A DNA stretch of 64,000 bases from an uncultured bacterium (GCA_963726455.1 CAVSCK010000004.1:704001-768000); one strand, 5' to 3'. Shown: positions 20,828-32,226, counted from the first letter of the stretch. The notes: generated from the sequence alone by a model not told the origin. Numbers and translations: made by a program.

Positions 20828-22103
20828 GTAATTCTTCCTTTCGTTCCTCTTCCGGGGGCGCGTAGGCCAGCGTTATCTGAAAAGTGGTACGCAGACGGGG
20901 AACCGACTCTTTTAGTTCGATTATGCCCAGATGGTACTCCTGTACAATGCGCCTCGCCAGCGTCAATCCCAGCCCCCAACCCCGCTTTTTCGTGGAAAAG
21001 CCCGTGTTGAAGACTTTCTTCTGAATGTTGGCTGGAATGCCGGCGCCGTTGTCGGTCACGCTTACAATGACGTCGCGATCGTCTCGATTCTTGTACGTTC
21101 TGATCGTGACTTCACCGGAAACCGGATCGCTGGCCTGCAGACTGTTCTTGATCAAGTTCTCGATAACCCAAGTAAAAAGCTCCGGATTTACTTTCGCGAA
21201 GATATCGGTTCCGGGCTCGAATATGATCTTGACGCCCTTACCCTGATGCGGCAGCCGTGAGATATAGTACCCCGCGACCTCGTCAATCAGTGGGTTGAGA
21301 TCCATCCGTGTTGTGTCCGGAATCGAACCGATTTGACCGAAGCGGTTTGCCACCCGGTCAAGCCGCTTCATATCGTTGTTCATGCGCTGCAGGACTGTAC
21401 TAATGTCCTGCGCGCCGTCCGAGGTGCTTTTTAGTCGGCCCGCCATGACCTCTTGCTCCATTAATTCCAGCCAACCGAGCAGGGAAGAGATCGGCGTGCC
21501 GAGTTGATGCGCGGTTTCCTTTGCCATGCCCACCCAGATGTTGCGCTGCTCGGAGCGCTGGATGTTGCGGAATCCGACGAAACCGACGACCAAGAAGACG
21601 CCAACGACGCCAATCTCGATGATCGGCATCAGTTGCAGTTGATTGACAAGGGGCGGATAGTCGTAAAGAATGTACTGAATGATCTGTCCATCCCACTGAA
21701 CAGGGATTTCGCCGTTATCGTGAATCATCTTGTCCTTGTGTCGCAGAATCCGCTCGTGTGCTGTGCGTGTGGTGTCATTGTCGGCAACATCAGGGATGCG
21801 CGCCCAAAGGACGGGCTCGTGGTTACGGTCAGTGACAATGATCGGGAAATATGCCTTTTGAATTATTTCGTCGAAGATTACGGCGTTTACGCGGGGAGAC
21901 GAATCCTCGGCTCCGGCCAGTTCCCACAGCTTGGCCCACATCCGGACGTCACGTTTCACATTCTCCTGCAGCCCCCTGATCAGAAACTGCGTGTAAATCA
22001 TGAACAATGCGGCAACCGCAACGGTACCGAAAAAGATGAACCCCTTGAACATACCGGGCAGCGTGGAGAATCCAGATTGCCCGTTAAGGCGCTTGAAGGT
22101 CAT
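20817..22103 (-). CDS. Membrane sensor histidine kinase (2 TM, periplasmic domain)
   Basis: Two TM helices, H-box WVGMAKETAHQLGTPISSL, WVIENLIKNS, DNGAGI, GFSTKKRGWGLGL. Confidence 0.93.
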   Translation of the reverse strand: MTFKRLNGQSGFSTLPGMFKGFIFFGTVAVAALFMIYTQFLIRGLQENVKRDVRMWAKLWELAGAEDSSPRVNAVIFDEIIQKAYFPIIVTDRNHEPVLWARIPDVADNDTTRTAHERILRHKDKMIHDNGEIPVQWDGQIIQYILYDYPPLVNQLQLMPIIEIGVVGVFLVVGFVGFRNIQRSEQRNIWVGMAKETAHQLGTPISSLLGWLELMEQEVMAGRLKSTSDGAQDISTVLQRMNNDMKRLDRVANRFGQIGSIPDTTRMDLNPLIDEVAGYYISRLPHQGKGVKIIFEPGTDIFAKVNPELFTWVIENLIKNSLQASDPVSGEVTIRTYKNRDDRDVIVSVTDNGAGIPANIQKKVFNTGFSTKKRGWGLGLTLARRIVQEYHLGIIELKESVPRLRTTFQITLAYAPPEEERKEELRGR

Positions 22104-23371
22104 TCGATTAGTTCTACTCCACCGAGATAAGGTCGCAACACGTCGGGCACAACTATTTTACCCTCAGCGGTCTGATAGTTCTCAATAATTGCTATCACCG
22201 TTCTGGGCAACGCTAAACCCGAGCCGTTGAGCGTGTGCGGATAGATTGGTTTTTCCCCTTCGGAAGGACGATAACGCAAGTTCATCCGGCGTGCCTGAAA
22301 ATCGCCGAAATTTGAGCAAGAGGAGACTTCCAGGTACTTTCCGACGCCGGGCGCCCAGACTTCCAGATCATAGCACTTGGCAGCGGCAAACGACAGGTCA
22401 CCTGACGCCAACGCGCTGACGCGGTAATGCAGCCCCAACAATTGCAGAATGGACTCGGCGTTAGCCGTAATGATTTCGAGTTCGTCGTATGACGTTTCCG
22501 GCCTGACAATTCGCACCATTTCCACCTTGTCAAACTGGTGTACCCGAATCAGGCCGCGCGTGTCTTTCCCCGCTGCTCCTGCTTCACGGCGGAAACAAGG
22601 TGTATAGGCCACAAACAATTTGGGCAGTTCGTCGCCGTTGAGAATCTCGTTGGCGTAGATATTCGTCACCGGCACTTCGGCAGTCGGGATCAGATAGAGA
22701 GTCTCATCCGAGAGTTGATACATATCCTCAGCCATCTTCGGAAGCTGGCCGGTGCCCGTCATTGTCTGCCGGTTCACCATAAACGGCGGCATCACTTCGA
22801 CGTAGTGGTGCCGCGTGGTGTGGACGTCCAACATGAAGTTGATCAGCGCGCGTTCCAATTTCGCACCGATTCCGGTGTACAAAATGAATCCCGAGCCAGC
22901 CAGTTTCGTGCCGCGTTCGAAATCCACCATTTTCAATTTAGTCGCCAGTTCCCAATGCGGTACCGGCTTGAAATCGAATTTGGGCTGAGTGCCCCATTGA
23001 CGAACTCCCACGTTAGAGGATTCATCCTTGCCCACCGGTGTCGTCTCGTGGGGCAGGTTCGGCACCATAAGCAGTAGAGCGTTCAGCTCATCCTCAATCT
23101 CGCGCAAAGTCTGCTCGCGCTGACTGATGGTTTGGCCGACCTCTTTCATGTCGGCAATTTGTGCGGTTGCATCCTGCTTGTTCTTCTTCATCACGGCAAT
23201 ATCGCCGGAGACTTTGTTGCGACGTTCGCGCAACTGCTCCAATTCCGTCAGCAGCTCGCGACGGCGGCGATCTACGTCCAAAATCTGATCTATATCAACG
23301 TTACTGAATTTTTTGCGGAGTCCTTCCTTGACCAGATCAGTATTGTCGCGAATGAATTTGATATCAAGCAT
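22100..23371 (-). CDS. serS: Serine--tRNA ligase
   Basis: MLDIKFIR, LIPTAEVP, CFRREAGAAGKDTRGLIRVHQFDKVE, EVSSCSNFGDFQARR, HTLNGSGLA. Confidence 0.98.
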   Translation of the reverse strand: MLDIKFIRDNTDLVKEGLRKKFSNVDIDQILDVDRRRRELLTELEQLRERRNKVSGDIAVMKKNKQDATAQIADMKEVGQTISQREQTLREIEDELNALLLMVPNLPHETTPVGKDESSNVGVRQWGTQPKFDFKPVPHWELATKLKMVDFERGTKLAGSGFILYTGIGAKLERALINFMLDVHTTRHHYVEVMPPFMVNRQTMTGTGQLPKMAEDMYQLSDETLYLIPTAEVPVTNIYANEILNGDELPKLFVAYTPCFRREAGAAGKDTRGLIRVHQFDKVEMVRIVRPETSYDELEIITANAESILQLLGLHYRVSALASGDLSFAAAKCYDLEVWAPGVGKYLEVSSCSNFGDFQARRMNLRYRPSEGEKPIYPHTLNGSGLALPRTVIAIIENYQTAEGKIVVPDVLRPYLGGVELIE

Positions 23372-23383
23372 CAGGGGGTTCCT

Positions 23384-25693
23384 CTATATCGATTGATTGA
23401 TTTCCACGTGATTGTGCTGATAACCGGGCACGATTTCGCGCAGGAGGTCCTTGATTTCATCACGCGCCTGTTTGCCCGCAGCGCACTTGAGACGCTCCAA
23501 TTCGCCCTCGACGACCGGCCACTGATATTCCATCGGCCTGGCAACGAGGATGTTTTCGTGCTCCGAACTGGTAAGTCCTTCTTCATCAAATAGTTCTTCA
23601 GTCAGTTTTTCGCCGGGTCTGAGACCTATATAGGTTATCGGAATATCTTCGTCAGGCACAGCGCCGGAAAGTGTGATCATGGCCTTCGCCAGATCGACGA
23701 TCTTCACGGGTTCACCCATGTTCAGTACCAGGATATCGCCCGATTTTCCGATGGTCGCCGCCTGCATTACCAAGAGCGATGCCTCTTTGATCGTCATGAA
23801 ATAGCGCGTGACCTCTGGATGCGTGACTGTGACAGGTCCGCCGTTTTCGATTTGTCTCTTGAAGATTGGCACGACGGAACCGTCCGAGCCAAGCACATTG
23901 CCGAATCTCACAGTAATGAACGATACCTGCGAACGTTTGGCAAATCCCTGCACCACTATTTCGGCAACACGTTTCGTCGCTCCCATCACCGATGTAGGAC
24001 GTACGGCTTTGTCAGTCGAGATCATCACAAAATGGCTGACGTGATGCCGGTCGGCCAGTTGCGCCAAGTGCAGCGTGCCGAAGATGTTGTTGGCTACCGC
24101 TTCCTCCGGAAACATCTCCATAAAGGGTACCTGTTTGTAGGCGGCAGCGTGGAAAATCACCTCGGGATGAAGCTGAGTAAACAGTGCCTCCATCTTGTCG
24201 CGATCGTTGATGTCCGCGACATGCGGGTCGAGCAGACTGTCGCCGTTCTTCTCCTGCAACTCGAGGAATATCTCATAAAGCCGGTTTTCGGCCCTGTCCA
24301 ATATCGACAGGCGCTCCGGCTGGAAGCGCATCACCTGCCGGCAGATTTCCGAACCGATCGATCCGCCACCACCAGTCACCAGAATTCTCTTGCCACGAAT
24401 GAAATTGCCGAGCTTGGCGCTGTCGAGCCGTACGGGTGTTCGGCCCAATAGATCTTCAACTTTGATATTCCTGACCTGGCTAAGCGCGACCTGGCCGTTG
24501 ATAATTTCCCGCATCGGCGGCAACGACTTGAAATTCAAATGGGCGCGGCGACAGCAGTCGATCAGGCGGCGAATTTGGTCACCAGAGGCAGACGGGATTG
24601 CGATTATTGCTTCTGTTACTTTATGCTTGATAGCCAGTCGCTCAAGTTCATTACTGTATCCGAGAACCGGAATGCCGTGAAGACGCAGGCCCTGCTTGGA
24701 GGCATCATCGTCAATCAGTCCCACCGGTTTGTAACCCAGAGGCGTTTTTCGCAGCTCACGCAGCACCATCTCGCCTGCGGCGCCGGCGCCAATTACGAAC
24801 GTCCGTTTGCCTTGCAGCCAGAATTGGGGCAGCATCTCACGCCCCGCGCGCAGCAAGAATCGCGAGCCGCCGAGCAGCACGATCATAAGCAGCCAGTCGA
24901 TGACGAAGACGCCGCGCGGGATATTCGCGTAGCCAAGCATGTAAGTCGGCACCGCAATCAGCACCGTGCCGACGGTAACAGCTTTGAGAATCTGGGTGAG
25001 ATCGCTGATCGAAGCGTAACGATAGTATCCGGAGTAAAGCCGGAAATACAGAAACATACTGAAGCGCAGAATTATCACGACCGGCAAGCTGGCCCTCAGG
25101 CCAACGAGATATTCGTGCGGAATTTCGCCTTCGAAACGAATCAGGAAACTCAGGTAGTATCCGGCGGCGATTATCACCAGGTCGAGTGCGACGACAACCA
25201 GCTTGTGTGGCAGAAACAGCGGCGAGATGATCGTGTCGCTGTCGTCAATGGCCACCTGGTAACGCCGATAGAACAGCACCCGATTAAAGCTGAGTGTCAC
25301 AATCAATGACAGCCAGTAACCAAAGATGAGCACTTTCGATGTTGAGAAGAAAGATGTAGGATCCCCGAAATCAGCCATCACGAACAACATCAGCATGACG
25401 CCGAGCGAAACGATGTTGAATATTCGCAGGATTTCGCCGTACAGGTTCTGCGGAAAAAGTTTGCGCAAGAATCGCGACAGGAATATTAGGGCCAGCCAGA
25501 AGACGCTGACGACTACATTGGGTAGCCCATAGAAGTAACCGAGCGTGTCGGCAAAGTCTCCACGCACGGAGCGCAGATTGTGAAACAGGACGACTGCGAT
25601 CAGGAAGCAGATTTGCAGCATGAGCAGGTCGGCAACGAGCAGCCCGATTTCGTGGCGGGCGGTTGGGCGGACGGGTTTTGTCTGTTCCTGCAT
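23384..25693 (-). CDS. CapD/PglF/WbpM-type UDP-GlcNAc 4,6-dehydratase with an extended membrane region
   Basis: IGAGAAG, VEDLLGR, LVTGGGGSIGSE, FHAAAYKQVP, ISTDKAV, MGATKR, VRFGNVLGS, GLRPGEKL. Confidence 0.93.
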   Translation of the reverse strand: MQEQTKPVRPTARHEIGLLVADLLMLQICFLIAVVLFHNLRSVRGDFADTLGYFYGLPNVVVSVFWLALIFLSRFLRKLFPQNLYGEILRIFNIVSLGVMLMLFVMADFGDPTSFFSTSKVLIFGYWLSLIVTLSFNRVLFYRRYQVAIDDSDTIISPLFLPHKLVVVALDLVIIAAGYYLSFLIRFEGEIPHEYLVGLRASLPVVIILRFSMFLYFRLYSGYYRYASISDLTQILKAVTVGTVLIAVPTYMLGYANIPRGVFVIDWLLMIVLLGGSRFLLRAGREMLPQFWLQGKRTFVIGAGAAGEMVLRELRKTPLGYKPVGLIDDDASKQGLRLHGIPVLGYSNELERLAIKHKVTEAIIAIPSASGDQIRRLIDCCRRAHLNFKSLPPMREIINGQVALSQVRNIKVEDLLGRTPVRLDSAKLGNFIRGKRILVTGGGGSIGSEICRQVMRFQPERLSILDRAENRLYEIFLELQEKNGDSLLDPHVADINDRDKMEALFTQLHPEVIFHAAAYKQVPFMEMFPEEAVANNIFGTLHLAQLADRHHVSHFVMISTDKAVRPTSVMGATKRVAEIVVQGFAKRSQVSFITVRFGNVLGSDGSVVPIFKRQIENGGPVTVTHPEVTRYFMTIKEASLLVMQAATIGKSGDILVLNMGEPVKIVDLAKAMITLSGAVPDEDIPITYIGLRPGEKLTEELFDEEGLTSSEHENILVARPMEYQWPVVEGELERLKCAAGKQARDEIKDLLREIVPGYQHNHVEINQSI

Positions 25694-25805
25694 AACTATA
25701 TAGTTTACAAACCGTTGGGGCGGCAGTCAACCGCTAAATTGACGAGTCATCCAGGTCTGAATTCGAGGACTGCATCAGTAGATCGCGCGGCGAATTACGA
25801 ATAAA

Positions 25806-26906
25806 TCAGGAAACGAACTTGAGGACAGATTCCGCAACATACTCTCGCTCTTGCTCTGTGAGTTGCGGATAGATCGGTATGGAAATCGCCTCCCTGGCGC
25901 AATGTTCAGCTATGGGCAAATCGCCTTCGCGATAACCGAGGTGACTGAAGCATTGCTGCATGTGCAGAGGCACAGGATAGTAAATCTCGAAACCGATGCC
26001 CAAACTTCTAAGATGTTCTTTCAAGGCATCACGGTTTTCGACACGAATTGTGTACTGGTTGTAAATGTGGTAAGCATATTCTGCGGCCCGTGGAATTCGG
26101 ATCTTGGTCCCGGCAAAGCGGCCGGAATAATAGTCCGCATTAGCTCGCCGAATAGCTGACCAGGAGTCCAAATGCGGCAATTTCGCCAATAGCACAGCAG
26201 CATGCAAAGTGTCAAGACGGGAGTTGTAGCCAACTTCCTCGTGATAGTACTTGACCGATGCGCCATGTGCCTTGAGACGACGCAACCGATTATTGAAGTC
26301 GTCAGAGTTCGTGACAATCAGTCCCCCGTCTCCGGGCGCTCCAAGATTCTTTGTGGGATAGAACGAAAAGCAGCCGACGTCTCCAATTGAGCCGGCCATC
26401 TTTCCTTTGTACTTCGAAGAGATCGCCTGGGCAGCGTCCTCGATCACGGTCAGATTGTGGCGCTGTGCAATCTTCGTGATGGCATCCATGTCAGCACACT
26501 GGCCGAACAAATGCACTGGCATGATAGCTTTGGTCTTCGGTGTTATCCGAGATTCGATCTGGTTGGCGTCGATATTGAAAGTGTTGTCCTCGACGTCGAC
26601 AAACACCGGAGTAGCGCCTAGATTATGAATCGTTCCCGCAGTGGCAAAGAACGAGAATGTGGTCGTGATAACTTCGGTGCCCGGACCCACTCCCGCAGCA
26701 CGCAAGGAAAGCAACAGCGCATCCGTGCCGGACGCCACTCCGATCGCGTGTTTGCAGCCGCAATATTCCGCGACGGCGGCCTCGAATTGCTTAACCTGCG
26801 GACCATTAATAAACTGAGTCTCAGCAAGTACGCCAAGCACTGCGTGGTCGATATCGCTCTTTAGAGATTGGTATTCTCGTTTCAGGTCGAGTAGCGGCAC
26901 GTGCAT
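25806..26906 (-). CDS. DegT/DnrJ/EryC1/StrS sugar aminotransferase (WbpE-like)
   Basis: VPLLDL, ASGTDAL, PVHLFGQ, IEDAAQA, SFYPTKNLG, GYNSRLD. Confidence 0.94.
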   Translation of the reverse strand: MHVPLLDLKREYQSLKSDIDHAVLGVLAETQFINGPQVKQFEAAVAEYCGCKHAIGVASGTDALLLSLRAAGVGPGTEVITTTFSFFATAGTIHNLGATPVFVDVEDNTFNIDANQIESRITPKTKAIMPVHLFGQCADMDAITKIAQRHNLTVIEDAAQAISSKYKGKMAGSIGDVGCFSFYPTKNLGAPGDGGLIVTNSDDFNNRLRRLKAHGASVKYYHEEVGYNSRLDTLHAAVLLAKLPHLDSWSAIRRANADYYSGRFAGTKIRIPRAAEYAYHIYNQYTIRVENRDALKEHLRSLGIGFEIYYPVPLHMQQCFSHLGYREGDLPIAEHCAREAISIPIYPQLTEQEREYVAESVLKFVS

Positions 26907-26916
26907 GGGGGAATCC

Positions 26917-27664
26917 TTATTGATTTTCCAGAAGTTGCTCGGGCGGAACATCGCGAATGACCTGAGCCGGCGAACCAAGCACGATTTTGCGGTCGGGCGC
27001 GTCCTTGGTCAAGACCGACCCGGCAGCGACGAGGGCATCCTCGCCGACAACTTTGCCCGGCAGGATTGTCGAGTTGAGACCGACGCGGCCGCCGCGTTTG
27101 ACGGTGACACCCTTGAAGTGTTTGAATCGCTCCTTGGTGCGTCCCACGAAATTATCATTCGAGGTCGCAACACAGGGAGCCATGAAAACGCGGTCACCCA
27201 GTTCGGAATAGGCGGTCAGGTAGACGTTGGTTTCGAGTTTGCAGTAGCTACCGATCTTGCAGAAATTTTCGACGGCCACTCCCCGACCGATGATCGTGAA
27301 TTCGCCAATGCTCACGTTTTCACGGATGGTTGAGAGGTCTGCGATCAGGACTTTGCGCCCGATCACGGCGCCGGCGTAAATCACTACGTGTGTACCGATA
27401 ATGCATTCGTCACCGATTGTCGTCGGCGCCAATTGCTGCTCTTTGGTCACGGCAGAATTTGCGGCGCGCATCGGTTGTTTGCCGATTACGGCGCCATCAT
27501 CAATGCGAACATTCTTGCCGATTACCGTGCCCGGATGGATCACTACGTGCGATCCGATGGCACAACCTTCGGCAATTGTGACATTGTCGCCAACTACACA
27601 GTAATGCCCCAGGCTGTACGTCGCCGGCTAGCTGCGCGGACTTGGAAATTGCATTGTTATCCAT
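26917..27664 (-). CDS. Hexapeptide-repeat sugar N-acetyltransferase (WbpD-like; indel near 27605)
   Basis: Left-handed beta-helix repeats, FMAPCVATSND, TILPG, VAAGSVLTKD, GSPA; ATG at 27664 is out of frame by one base. Confidence 0.85.
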
Positions 27665-27681
27665 GGCAGTGTTTCATTGCC

Positions 27682-29324
27682 CTATTTCGTCGCCTGGTTG
27701 ATCACCAGATAGATAGTCGCCAGATTTGCAATGAAGAAGCTGGTGTCCTTGAAGAGCTGCCACATGTTGACGCCCTTCTTCTGTGGCACCATGATCTTGT
27801 CTCCCATTGCCACCCTGGTTCCCCGGTCGGCTTTGATCAGCGCGCCGGTATTTGCCTTGATAATACGAATATCATGCTTGTTGGCCTTGTACCCGTAGCC
27901 ACCGGCCAGGCCGATGTAAAACTCGACTGTTTTGGTATCCTGATACGGAACCATTCCCGGATTGATTACGCGTCCAAGCACGGTGACGGCGAAACTCTTG
28001 CGGGGAATTGTAATCCGGTCGCCGTTCATCAACGGCACGTCGTGTTCGGCCTGTCCCTGCTGGAAAATTGATTCGAAGTTTACAGCCACCTTGCCGGGCG
28101 TGCGAGAAGATGTCTCCTTCAAATATTGGAGCTCGAAGTCAGTCAGTTTATCCGTCGACATCATCAGGAGCTGGTCGAAGCTGTTCTTAACTTCTTCAGC
28201 TCCGGTCAGCGATCTTCGTACCATCTCCGCCTCCGACAATGAAGCATCGGGAAGGAAGCCGCCGGCGCGGTCGACGAGCTGTTTGAGGGTGCGCAGATTG
28301 TCCTGAATTGGATATACACCCGGATACTTGACTTCCCCGACCAAAGTGACCTGCTCCTTGCGCCTGAAGCCGGAGAGTGTTCTCACAAACAGCCGGTCAT
28401 CCGGAATCAACGCCAGGTTCGCAGTCGATTTGCTGTCGGTTGTGACGGCGCGCAAATCTATCGGAATAGTTGTCTTCGTACCGACGTCATCGGAAAAACG
28501 CACCAACTCGGCGCCGTCCAGATCGGCGTCTACCGATATCCCGAACCCCAACGCCAAAAGATCAGATACGCGATCACCCTTGTGAAATTCGAACACTCCC
28601 GGCGCGTTGACGGCACCGTAAATCTCAACCTTGTTGAACGAATCAGAGACAACCGGAACGAAAATCACCTGGCCTTCGTGCAGATACGGGTTGGCATCGA
28701 CGGATCCGGTGGCATTGAAATAGGCGAGGTCTGCCCCGACCGTATCACGCCCGACGTTAACCAACTGAATGTTGCGCTGCGAAGCTTTGTACTGTAGTCC
28801 GCCTGCCAGCGATACTGCCTCAGAAACGCGGTCAGCCGCCGACACCGGAACGATGCCCGGTTTTTGCACCGCGCCGGTGACACTGATCTTGAATGACCGC
28901 ACCTTCGCCAACGCCACCGTAATCGTGCGATCGCGGTAACGCGAAAGCACTGTGGACATGATTTTCTCTTTGGCTTCTGCGAGCGTAAGCTGTGCAACGT
29001 TGACTTCCCCCACATCCGGCAATGCGATCACGCCTTCCGGCAGTACCTCTATAGTGAGGGGAGATGCTGACCCGCCATACAAGTCGATCACAAACACATC
29101 GCCCGGACCGACGATGTACAGCGCCGGATCGACTGCGCGATCAAGCAGACCGACGGTAGGTGGAATGGTTGTCTCGGGCTTTTTCTTTTCCTCTTCAATC
29201 GGTTGGGCCTGCGGCTTGGGGCGTAATTGCGGATATTCCAAGACCGTACGCCGTCAACGTACCGGTAAGAATCGACAGTCGCCAACAGCGCGAACAGATA
29301 TCGGTTAAGCTTGAATGATTTCAT
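27682..29324 (-). CDS. Polysaccharide export protein with multiple SLBB domains (Wza/KpsD-like; indels near the 5' end)
   Basis: YIVGPGD poly-export motif; repeated V.GAV..PG/GEVKYPG/GRVINPG and AGG SLBB units; signal-like [14 protein letters not shown] at 29324. Confidence 0.85.
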
Positions 29325-29326
29325 CG

Positions 29327-30683
29327 CTATAGTATGTATTTCCTCAAATCCTCGTCTTCGATAATCTCTTTCAATGTCCGTTGCACCAGGGCGCGCGTGA
29401 TCTTCAGTCTTCTTCGTCTTGGCTTCCGGTACAGCGTACATGATGTCTTCCAGCACGGTCGACATGATCGTGTGCAGCCTGCGGGCGCCGATGTTCTCGC
29501 CCGACTCGTTCAGTTGCGCCGCCATCTTGGCGATTTCGTCTACGGCACTCTGTTCAAAAGTGACGGTCACGCCCTCTGTCTCCATGAGCGCTGTATATTG
29601 TTTTACAAGCGCGTTCTTCGGTTCGAGCAAAATCCGCACGAAATCTTTTTCGGTCAGCGAGTCGAGCTCTACTCTGATGGGAAAACGTCCCTGCAGTTCA
29701 GGGATCAAGTCTGACGGTTTCGTCGAATGAAATGCGCCGGCGGCAATAAACAGGATGTGATCGGTCTTAACCATGCCATACTTGGTGCTGACATTGGAAC
29801 CTTCGACAATCGGCAGGATATCGCGCTGAACGCCTTCACGAGAAACATCCGGACCACCGGTGTGTCCCTCACGGTCGGCGATCTTATCGATTTCGTCCAC
29901 GAACACGATACCGGAATTTTCGGCTCGCTCCAAGGCCTCAGCAACGACTTCGTCCATATCGATCAGTTTCGCCGCCTCTTCCTGAACCAGGTATCGCCGG
30001 GCTTCGGCGACGCTCAGCTTGCGGACTTTCTTCTTCTTGGGCATGATTCCTGAGAACATCTCCTGGAAATTCACGCCCAGTTCTTCCATTCCCTGCGGCG
30101 TGAAAATCTCCACCACCGGAAAACGATTTGCCGGCAGTTCGATATCGATCATGCGTTCGTCGAGGAACCCTTCCCGCAACTGGGAGCGAAGTTTGTCACG
30201 AGTGCGAAGATATTTTTCCTCGATCTCATCAACGGCAACCGTCTCCGTGGCATGTCTTCCCCGAGGACGCGGCAAAAGCAAATCCAGAATTCGTTCCTCA
30301 GCCAGCTCCTCGGCTTTGACCTGGACGGTCTCGGTCTTCTGACGTTTGACCATCTGTACCGACAGTTCGACCAGATCGCGAACCATCGATTCGACATCAC
30401 GCCCAACATAGCCGACCTCGGTGAACTTGGATGCTTCGACCTTGACAAACGGGGCATTGGCCAGATTCGCCAGACGACGGGCTATCTCCGTCTTTCCGAC
30501 ACCGGTTGGGCCGATCAAGATGATATTATTGGGGACGATCTCCTGGCGGATTTCGTCGGGCACCGCTTGCCGCCGCCAGCGATTGCGTAACGCTATCGCT
30601 ACCATGCGCTTAGCTTTATCCTGCCCAATGATGTATTTATCTAGTTCGGTAACGATTTCTTTCGGCGTCAAATACTTGTCCAA
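29327..30683 (-). CDS. hslU: ATP-dependent protease ATPase subunit HslU (indel near 29405)
   Basis: [55 protein letters not shown]; the expected tail [10 protein letters not shown] lies in a shifted frame. Confidence 0.96.
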
Positions 30684-30746
30684 AAATCCTCCACGTTTGC
30701 TCCCTGCCGAGGAGAGAGTATAAGCTCTGATAACGCCGAAATCAAT

Positions 30747-31277
30747 CTATTTTAGGATTTCGATACTGATGTTGCGGTTGGAGTAAATGCAAATATCGGC
30801 GGCGATTTCCAACGATTTCCTGACAATTTGCTCCGCCGACAACTTGGAGTTGGCAACCAATGCCCGACAGGCGGCCAGCGCGTACGGTCCGCCCGAACCG
30901 ATCGCAACTATGCCGTCGTCCGGCTCAACGACATCGCCTGAACCGGAAATCACCATTGAATGATCCTTGTCCATCACTGCCAGCAATGCCTCGAGTTGCC
31001 GAAGATACTTGTCTTTCCGCCAGTCCTTCGCCAATTCGACTGCGGCTCTCGGAAGATTCTCGGGGTATTCCTCGAGTTTGGCCTCAAAACGCTCGAACAA
31101 AGTAAAGGCATCAGCTGACGAACCGGCAAATCCAGCCAGGATGCGCCCGTCGTTAAGAGTTCTGATCTTGCGCGCTGTCGCTTTGACAATGGTTTCGGCA
31201 AACGTAACCTGTCCGTCGCCACCTATCGCTACTTGTCCTTTGTGCCTGAGTCCCAGTATTGTGGTTGACCTGAACAT
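30747..31277 (-). CDS. hslV: ATP-dependent protease peptidase subunit HslV
   Basis: [37 protein letters not shown]. Confidence 0.97.
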   Translation of the reverse strand: MFRSTTILGLRHKGQVAIGGDGQVTFAETIVKATARKIRTLNDGRILAGFAGSSADAFTLFERFEAKLEEYPENLPRAAVELAKDWRKDKYLRQLEALLAVMDKDHSMVISGSGDVVEPDDGIVAIGSGGPYALAACRALVANSKLSAEQIVRKSLEIAADICIYSNRNISIEILK

Positions 31278-31278
31278 T

Positions 31279-32190
31279 CTATTTTCTCCTGTGGGCGCGC
31301 GGGTGCGCCTGCTGATATTCTTTCTTGAGTGCCGCCGTCGTGACGTGTGTGTAAATCTGCGTCGTCGAGACTGACTCGTGGCCGAGCAAATCGGAAATCG
31401 CCAGCAAGTCGGCGCCGTTGTCCATAAGATGCGTTGCGAACGAGTGCCGCAATGAGTGTGGTGACAGTTTCTGTCCCTCGCGCAACTTGTCCGTATACTT
31501 CTCAACTATACGTGCAACCGATCGGGTGGTAATGGGATCGCCGAATTTGTTTACGAACAACGTAGCCGCGCCTGGGCCGAATGTGGAATTCCGCATCTGG
31601 ATATACTGCTGCAACCGCAATTTGGCAATCTCCCCGAACGGCACGACACGCATCTTGCGCCCCTTGCCGGTGACGCGCACGAGCTGGCCGTTGAAATCGA
31701 GCTGCGCGTCGGTCAGCGAAGTCAACTCCGCCAATCGCAGTCCCGACTGGTAGAACAGCTCCAGAATTGCGCGGTCACGGTAACACTGGAAGTCCTCCCC
31801 TTGCGGGAGTTCCATCAGCGTTTCGGCTTCCGATTCGGTCAGGAACTGTGGCAATTCCTTGTCGATCTTGAGATCGCTGATTGCCACGTCGAAATCGGGC
31901 GGCAATAGACCTTCGCGCGACAGATAGTAGATGTAAGTCTTGAGCGCCGTGACCTTGCGCGAAATCGACCGATTGGAAATTCCTCGTGACTTCAGATGAA
32001 AGAGATAGTCCCGCATGATCGGATAAAAAGACCTTACCAGCACGTCACCGCCGACATTGGCTGATTTGAGGTAATCGACGAAGTCCCGCAAGTCGCCTTT
32101 GTATGCCCGTGCGGTGTGAGCGGAATAACGGCGGACGTCCCGCAGGTAGGTGATGTACCTGTCCACTCCCTCGGTCAGGATCTTATTCAC
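31279..32190 (-). CDS. xerC: Tyrosine recombinase XerC
   Basis: [52 protein letters not shown]; topA-xerC-hslVU context. Confidence 0.9.
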   Translation of the reverse strand: MNKILTEGVDRYITYLRDVRRYSAHTARAYKGDLRDFVDYLKSANVGGDVLVRSFYPIMRDYLFHLKSRGISNRSISRKVTALKTYIYYLSREGLLPPDFDVAISDLKIDKELPQFLTESEAETLMELPQGEDFQCYRDRAILELFYQSGLRLAELTSLTDAQLDFNGQLVRVTGKGRKMRVVPFGEIAKLRLQQYIQMRNSTFGPGAATLFVNKFGDPITTRSVARIVEKYTDKLREGQKLSPHSLRHSFATHLMDNGADLLAISDLLGHESVSTTQIYTHVTTAALKKEYQQAHPRAHRRK

Positions 32191-32226
32191 GAGCGGAAAT
32201 TAGGAATTAGTTATTAGAAGCGCAAG

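Noticed and set aside
29088-29330. HslU-SLBB fusion or C-terminally extended HslU
   Set aside because: The canonical HslU tail (EDLRKYIL*) exists in a shifted frame, so the extension is an indel artefact.
31279-32190. Tyrosine recombinase as a prophage or island integrase
   Set aside because: XerC-like size and motifs in the housekeeping topA-xerC-hslV-hslU order, with no att site or cargo.
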